A stretch of 64,000 nucleotides of DNA from Phototrophicaceae bacterium (lineage in GTDB: Bacteria; Chloroflexota; Anaerolineae; Aggregatilineales; Phototrophicaceae), in the NCBI GenBank assembly GCA_049680565.1, contig JBAUIA010000411.1, positions 2,928-66,927 on the forward strand, in the 5' to 3' direction. The translations under genes were made by a program, and so were the position numbers. This document shows positions 60,550 to 64,000 of this stretch, piece after piece; position 1 is the first letter of the stretch; each line of letters opens with the position of its first letter. The notes beneath the pieces are model-generated. The model searched no databases. It was not told the DNA's origin and saw nothing but the letters and a program-made list of their open reading frames with translations.

Positions 60550-60709
60550 TTTCTTGCTCCTTTTTTAGCGTCATTAAAGAATCAATTCATGACTCATCAT
60601 ATTATATTGGATGTATTGTGACTCTCATTTGTTACTTAATGATGTCAGCCCAGAATTCGGTATGATAGTTAGGGATTTTATAATTTGTTTTGATAATAGG
60701 AGCAAAATA

Positions 60710-61222
60710 ATGGCAACTCGTACAGGTATGATGGTCGGTCCGAATGAACATCCCGTTCAAGGTGCAATGCTAGAAGTTGGACAACAAGCACCCGCATTTA
60801 CACTGATGACACCCCGTAATCAGCCACGGAGATTGAGTGATTTTGATGGAAAAGTAAAATTACTGAGTGTTATTCCATCCATTGATACAGGGGTATGTTC
60901 AGCCCAAACACGTCGTTTCAATGAAGAAGCTGCTAAACTAAGTGATAATGTCGTGGTGCTAACGATTAGCTCTGATTTGCCATTTGCATTAGGGCGTTAT
61001 TGCGGCAATGAAGGGATTGAAAATACTGAAACTTTATCAACACATAAAGATATGGCATTTGCCGATGATTATGGGGTTCATGATACCGAATGGCGTGTCT
61101 GCCAACGCGCACTCTTTGTACTCGATCAAGACAATGTCATCCAATATGCACAATATGTGCCTGCCATTGGTGATGAAGTTGATTTTGAAGCAGGTCTTGC
61201 AATGGTCAATAGCCTAACTTAA
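60710..61222 (+). CDS. tpx: Thiol peroxidase (Tpx-type peroxiredoxin)
   Basis: The start is placed at MATRTG, with an AGGAG RBS. The peroxidatic Cys context is PSIDTGVCSAQTRRFN and the resolving Cys context is LPFALGRYCG. Confidence 0.88.
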   Translation: MATRTGMMVGPNEHPVQGAMLEVGQQAPAFTLMTPRNQPRRLSDFDGKVKLLSVIPSIDTGVCSAQTRRFNEEAAKLSDNVVVLTISSDLPFALGRYCGNEGIENTETLSTHKDMAFADDYGVHDTEWRVCQRALFVLDQDNVIQYAQYVPAIGDEVDFEAGLAMVNSLT

Positions 61223-61388
61223 GTGAATGTTCCAAAGTCTCTTCTATAATTCGGAGAGGCTTTTCTCTATGTCTTACGTGTACAAAGGCTTATCACAAAA
61301 GTTTATCTTACAAAGACCTGTACGCGCTCCAGATACCCGATATAATCACGCCTATGTATATGGATTGTATAACAAGGATTAATTAGAA

Positions 61389-62933
61389 ATGCCAAGAGCA
61401 TTATTAAGTGTGTCAGATAAGACAGGTATTGTTGAATTTGGTCGGGATTTAGTCGAACTAGGGTGGGAATTGGTTGCGAGTGGGGGAACTGCTAAAGCAC
61501 TACAAGGAGCTGACCTGCAAGTAACACCTGTTGAGCAGCTAACGGGACTACCTGAAATGCTGGGTGGACGTGTTAAAACACTGCATCCAGCGATTCATGC
61601 TGGTATCCTTGCCCGTGATAAAGGCGAAGACCTTGCCGAAATTGCTGAACATGGTTATGCCCCAATTAACATGGTTATTTGTAACTTGTATCCATTTCAA
61701 GAAACTGTGGCACAACTCGGCGTTACTTTACAAGATGCCATTGAAAAAATTGATATTGGTGGTGTAACCCTCATTCGCGCTGCTGCCAAGAATTTTTTCC
61801 GAGTGGTGACAATCTGTGATCCAGCAGATTATAGTAGTGTGATTGTCGGTCTTAAAGCATCTGGAGAAATTGATATTGCCACACGCCGTGATCTTGCTGT
61901 AAAAGCATTCGGTCATACCCGCGATTATGATACAGCTATTCACGCCTTTTTGACACAAGATGTGAGTGCGCCAGCAGCACAAGATCACGCGGAATTACCT
62001 GAACATCTTGCTTTTGCAGTTCATAGTTTAGAGCAATTACGCTATGGCGAAAACCCACATCAAAGTGCAACTTATTACGCCAAACAAACGACAACATCGC
62101 CACTAGGTGCAAAACAATTGGGTGGTAAGCAATTATCATATAACAATATCTTAGATCTTGATTCTGCGTGGCGTACAGTGAGTAGTTTTGATACGCCAAC
62201 GGTTGTTATTGTTAAACATCTAACCCCAACAGGGATCGCATCATCTGATACCTTGGTTAATGCGTTCCCTAACGCACTTGCCTCTGATCCTGTATCGGCA
62301 TTTGGGGGCATTATTGCAGTCAATCGTACGGTTGATATTGCTTTCGTCGAAGGCTTAGAATCTTTATTTGTAGAAGCGATTGCAGCCCCTGATTTCACAG
62401 AAGGTGCAGTTGAAGCGCTTAAAAACTCACGTAAGAATTGCCGAATTTTACATATGTCCAAACCATATGATAGCAACGCGCTCGATATTCGTAGTGTGCA
62501 TGCTGGCTTATTAGTGCAACGGCTTGATAATGGCGACCCTGATGGCACAATCATGAAAACTGTCACAGAACGCGCCCCGTCTGCCGATGAATTAGCAGCA
62601 CTGGAATTTGCATGGAAAGCCTGCCAGCATGTGAAATCTAATGCTATTGTGCTTGCCAAGCCACAACGCACTGTGGGCGTTGGTGGTGGTTTACCCAGTC
62701 GTGTTGATGCGGTTGAACTCGCTGTTAAAAAAGCAGGCGATGAAGCTACAGGTGCAGCTTTAGCATCAGATGCTTTCTTCCCATTCCCCGATGGCATTGA
62801 AGCAGCAGCAGCAGCGGGTATTACAGCGATTATCCAACCGGGTGGTTCAATCCGCGATAATGCAGTGATTGAAGCTGCTAATAAAGCAGGTTTAGCAATG
62901 GTCTTTACAGGAACACGACATTTCCGTCATTAA
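61389..62933 (+). CDS. purH: Bifunctional AICAR transformylase / IMP cyclohydrolase
   Basis: Motifs ALLSVSDKTG, GGRVKTLHP, NLYPF and IDIGG are present, with the C-terminus TGTRHFRH. Confidence 0.96.
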   Translation: MPRALLSVSDKTGIVEFGRDLVELGWELVASGGTAKALQGADLQVTPVEQLTGLPEMLGGRVKTLHPAIHAGILARDKGEDLAEIAEHGYAPINMVICNLYPFQETVAQLGVTLQDAIEKIDIGGVTLIRAAAKNFFRVVTICDPADYSSVIVGLKASGEIDIATRRDLAVKAFGHTRDYDTAIHAFLTQDVSAPAAQDHAELPEHLAFAVHSLEQLRYGENPHQSATYYAKQTTTSPLGAKQLGGKQLSYNNILDLDSAWRTVSSFDTPTVVIVKHLTPTGIASSDTLVNAFPNALASDPVSAFGGIIAVNRTVDIAFVEGLESLFVEAIAAPDFTEGAVEALKNSRKNCRILHMSKPYDSNALDIRSVHAGLLVQRLDNGDPDGTIMKTVTERAPSADELAALEFAWKACQHVKSNAIVLAKPQRTVGVGGGLPSRVDAVELAVKKAGDEATGAALASDAFFPFPDGIEAAAAAGITAIIQPGGSIRDNAVIEAANKAGLAMVFTGTRHFRH

Positions 62934-62954
62934 TAGTTGTCAGTTGCTAACCGT

Positions 62955-62996
62955 ATGAAAATGATTAGCTAGCACTGGTCATTTTCATGCTTCTTT
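62955..62996 (+). terminator. Hairpin/terminator after purH
   Basis: ATGAAAATGA (62955-62964) pairs perfectly over 10 bp with TCATTTTCAT (62979-62988), followed by GCTTCTTT. Confidence 0.6.
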
Positions 62997-63047
62997 AGCC
63001 TTGCGAATTAGCCTATTGTTTTGATATACTCTTGCCTAACAACAAGC

Positions 63048-63120
63048 GCCACTGTAGCTCAGCTGGCAGAGCATACGCTTCGTAAGCGTGGGGTCGTGGG
63101 TTCGAATCCCACCAGTGGCT
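63048..63120 (+). tRNA. tRNA-Thr (anticodon CGT), CCA not encoded
   Basis: Manual cloverleaf of 73 nt. The acceptor is GCCACTG/CAGTGGC. The D arm is GCTC-AGCTGGCA-GAGC. The anticodon arm is TACGC-TTCGTAA-GCGTG. The variable loop is GGGTC. The T arm is GTGGG-TTCGAAT-CCCAC. The discriminator is T. The downstream sequence is CTCCA, not CCA. Confidence 0.9.
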
Positions 63121-63129
63121 CTCCACAAT

Positions 63130-63153
63130 GCCCGTATTGATACGGGCTTTTTG
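63130..63153 (+). terminator. Intrinsic terminator after tRNA-Thr
   Basis: GCCCGTA-ttga-TACGGGC followed by TTTTTG. Confidence 0.85.
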
Positions 63154-63180
63154 TTTATCTATCAGTGTTCAGGAAAATGT

Positions 63181-63822
63181 ATGCCCGAAAAGAAACGTCC
63201 AGTCACGATAGGTGTCGCAGGAGGCACAGGTTCAGGTAAGACAACCGTATCCAACCAGATTCTTGAACGGGTTGGTAATAAGCATATCGCATACCTCCCA
63301 CATGATGCCTACTATAAAGACCTTAGCCATCTTAGCGCAGAAGAACGCGCACAGATTAACTTCGATCACCCTGATTCGCTCGATACTGAATTACTCATCC
63401 AGCATGTACAACAACTCCAAACGGGCGCAACCGTCGAAATCCCAACCTATGACTTTGCCCGTCATACACGCCTTCAAGAAACAATATCTGTAGGACCACA
63501 ACCGATTGTCCTCGTAGAAGGCATTCTCATTTTTTCTGAGCCTGACTTGCGTAAATTGTTTGATATTAAAATTTATGTTGATACAGATGCCGATATTCGC
63601 TTTATTCGTCGCTTAAAACGTGATATTAATGATCGTGGACGGACTGCTGATTCGGTCATTGAACAATATTTATCGACAGTGCGCCCGATGCACCTCAAAT
63701 TTGTTGAACCCAGCAAACGCTATGCTGATGTCATCGTCCCAGAAGGGGGCTTCAATTGGGTTGCAATTGATATGATTGCGGATCGTGTTCGTAGCATGAT
63801 GGCAATTGATACACGCTCTTAA
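63181..63822 (+). CDS. udk: Uridine kinase
   Basis: The start is placed at MPEKKRPVTIGVAGGTGSGKTT; the track ORF starts inside the tRNA. Udk blocks such as HDAYY and FDHPDS are present. Confidence 0.92.
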   Translation: MPEKKRPVTIGVAGGTGSGKTTVSNQILERVGNKHIAYLPHDAYYKDLSHLSAEERAQINFDHPDSLDTELLIQHVQQLQTGATVEIPTYDFARHTRLQETISVGPQPIVLVEGILIFSEPDLRKLFDIKIYVDTDADIRFIRRLKRDINDRGRTADSVIEQYLSTVRPMHLKFVEPSKRYADVIVPEGGFNWVAIDMIADRVRSMMAIDTRS

Positions 63823-63872
63823 TTCACATGATACAATAAATTTGTAACGTAAATTATTAGGAGTTGTAAGAT

Positions 63873-64000
63873 ATGAGACAAGTACCTATATCTATCTCTG
63901 AAAATGAAATACGAGCCTTTTGCGAATGTTATCATATCCAAAAATTATCATTGTTTGGTTCTATCTTACGTGATGATTTTAATGAAAAAAGCGATATTGA
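63873..64000 (+). CDS. MNT-type nucleotidyltransferase (antitoxin-like), 3'-truncated by the window edge
   Basis: Manual translation gives MRQVPISISENEIRAFCECYHIQKLSLFGSILRDDFNEKSDI. The LFGS-x-x-R-x-D motif is typical of minimal nucleotidyltransferases from HEPN/MNT pairs. An AGGAG RBS is present. Confidence 0.6.
   Translation, partial: MRQVPISISENEIRAFCECYHIQKLSLFGSILRDDFNEKSDI

Noticed and set aside
61223-61388. A ZTP (pfl) riboswitch upstream of purH. A purine riboswitch upstream of hpt (26352-26443) was also considered.
   Set aside because: The conserved cores are not present: ACUGGCG...CCGCCUGGGC for ZTP, and the U-rich three-way-junction loops for the purine riboswitch. The 26356-26374 palindrome (CGCATAATT-g-AATTATGCG) looks like the FHA gene's terminator or an operator instead.
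62075-62797. A 240-aa minus-strand ORF inside purH. Similar long antisense ORFs occur at 18180-18632 in carB, 37266-37745 in ileS, 8352-8684 and 8902-9168 in rpoD, and several in gltB.
   Set aside because: They lie fully within well-supported conserved genes on the opposite strand. Their composition is low-complexity (Ser/Ala/Pro/Arg-rich), and they lack RBSs. These are typical shadow ORFs.
63088-63180. The 5' part of the track ORF 63088..63822 (MGSWVRIPPVALHN...).
   Set aside because: It reads through the T-arm of tRNA-Thr and its terminator. The Udk homology starts at MPEKKRPVTIGVAGG (63181).
1-64000. CRISPR arrays, transposases or integrases, reverse transcriptases (retron, DGR, group II intron), inteins in the very long genes, and prophage genes.
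   Set aside because: No regularly spaced direct repeats were seen, and no ORF carries DDE, tyrosine-recombinase or RT motifs. The lengths of carB, gltB, ileS and ftsK are normal for their families.

Overview
This is a 64-kb chromosomal segment made up mostly of housekeeping genes. By eye it is moderately AT-rich, with very AT-rich intergenic regions. Domain architectures look Chloroflexota-like: a ferredoxin-type GOGAT without gltD, a type-2 IleRS, sigma-region-4-like HTH tails and many TPR/HEAT proteins. That phylum assignment is a low-confidence inference.

Recognisable content in order: xseA (partial), ftsK, an S1-domain protein, and an rpoD operon carrying three extra genes. Then argC-argB-argD-argJ, carA-carB, and an Hsp70-like/HEAT-repeat pair with a BtrH_N-like neighbour. 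Next come a TGS/SAD-uridine-kinase fusion, an FHA protein, hpt-cca and rsmD. A tightly coupled GNAT-GNAT-alaX-paralog-paralog-TPR-TPR string follows, then ileS. A large glutamate synthase is flanked by two PucR-family regulators, followed by envelope genes (a lipoprotein and an LCP protein). Three conserved-looking hypotheticals lie divergent from rpmH-rnpA-yidD-(beta-propeller lipoprotein)-yidC-jag. The window ends with pfkB, an amidohydrolase, a DM13 protein, tpx, purH, tRNA-Thr, udk and a truncated MNT-type nucleotidyltransferase.

I found no CRISPR array, transposase, integrase, reverse transcriptase or known defence island.

Most interesting unexplained signals:
1. A promoter, a 31-codon ORF with an R-I-R-R-R arginine run and a strong intrinsic terminator directly in front of argC. 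This is a candidate arginine leader-peptide attenuator.
2. rpoD appears co-transcribed with a polytopic membrane protein that ends in a sigma-region-4-like HTH.
3. A lidless Hsp70 paired with a HEAT-repeat protein.
4. An uncharacterised three-gene cluster occupies the position divergent from rpmH.
5. A 63-bp MITE-like element has 11-bp terminal inverted repeats and a perfect 9-bp target-site duplication.

All functional calls rest on motif recognition by eye. No database search was run.
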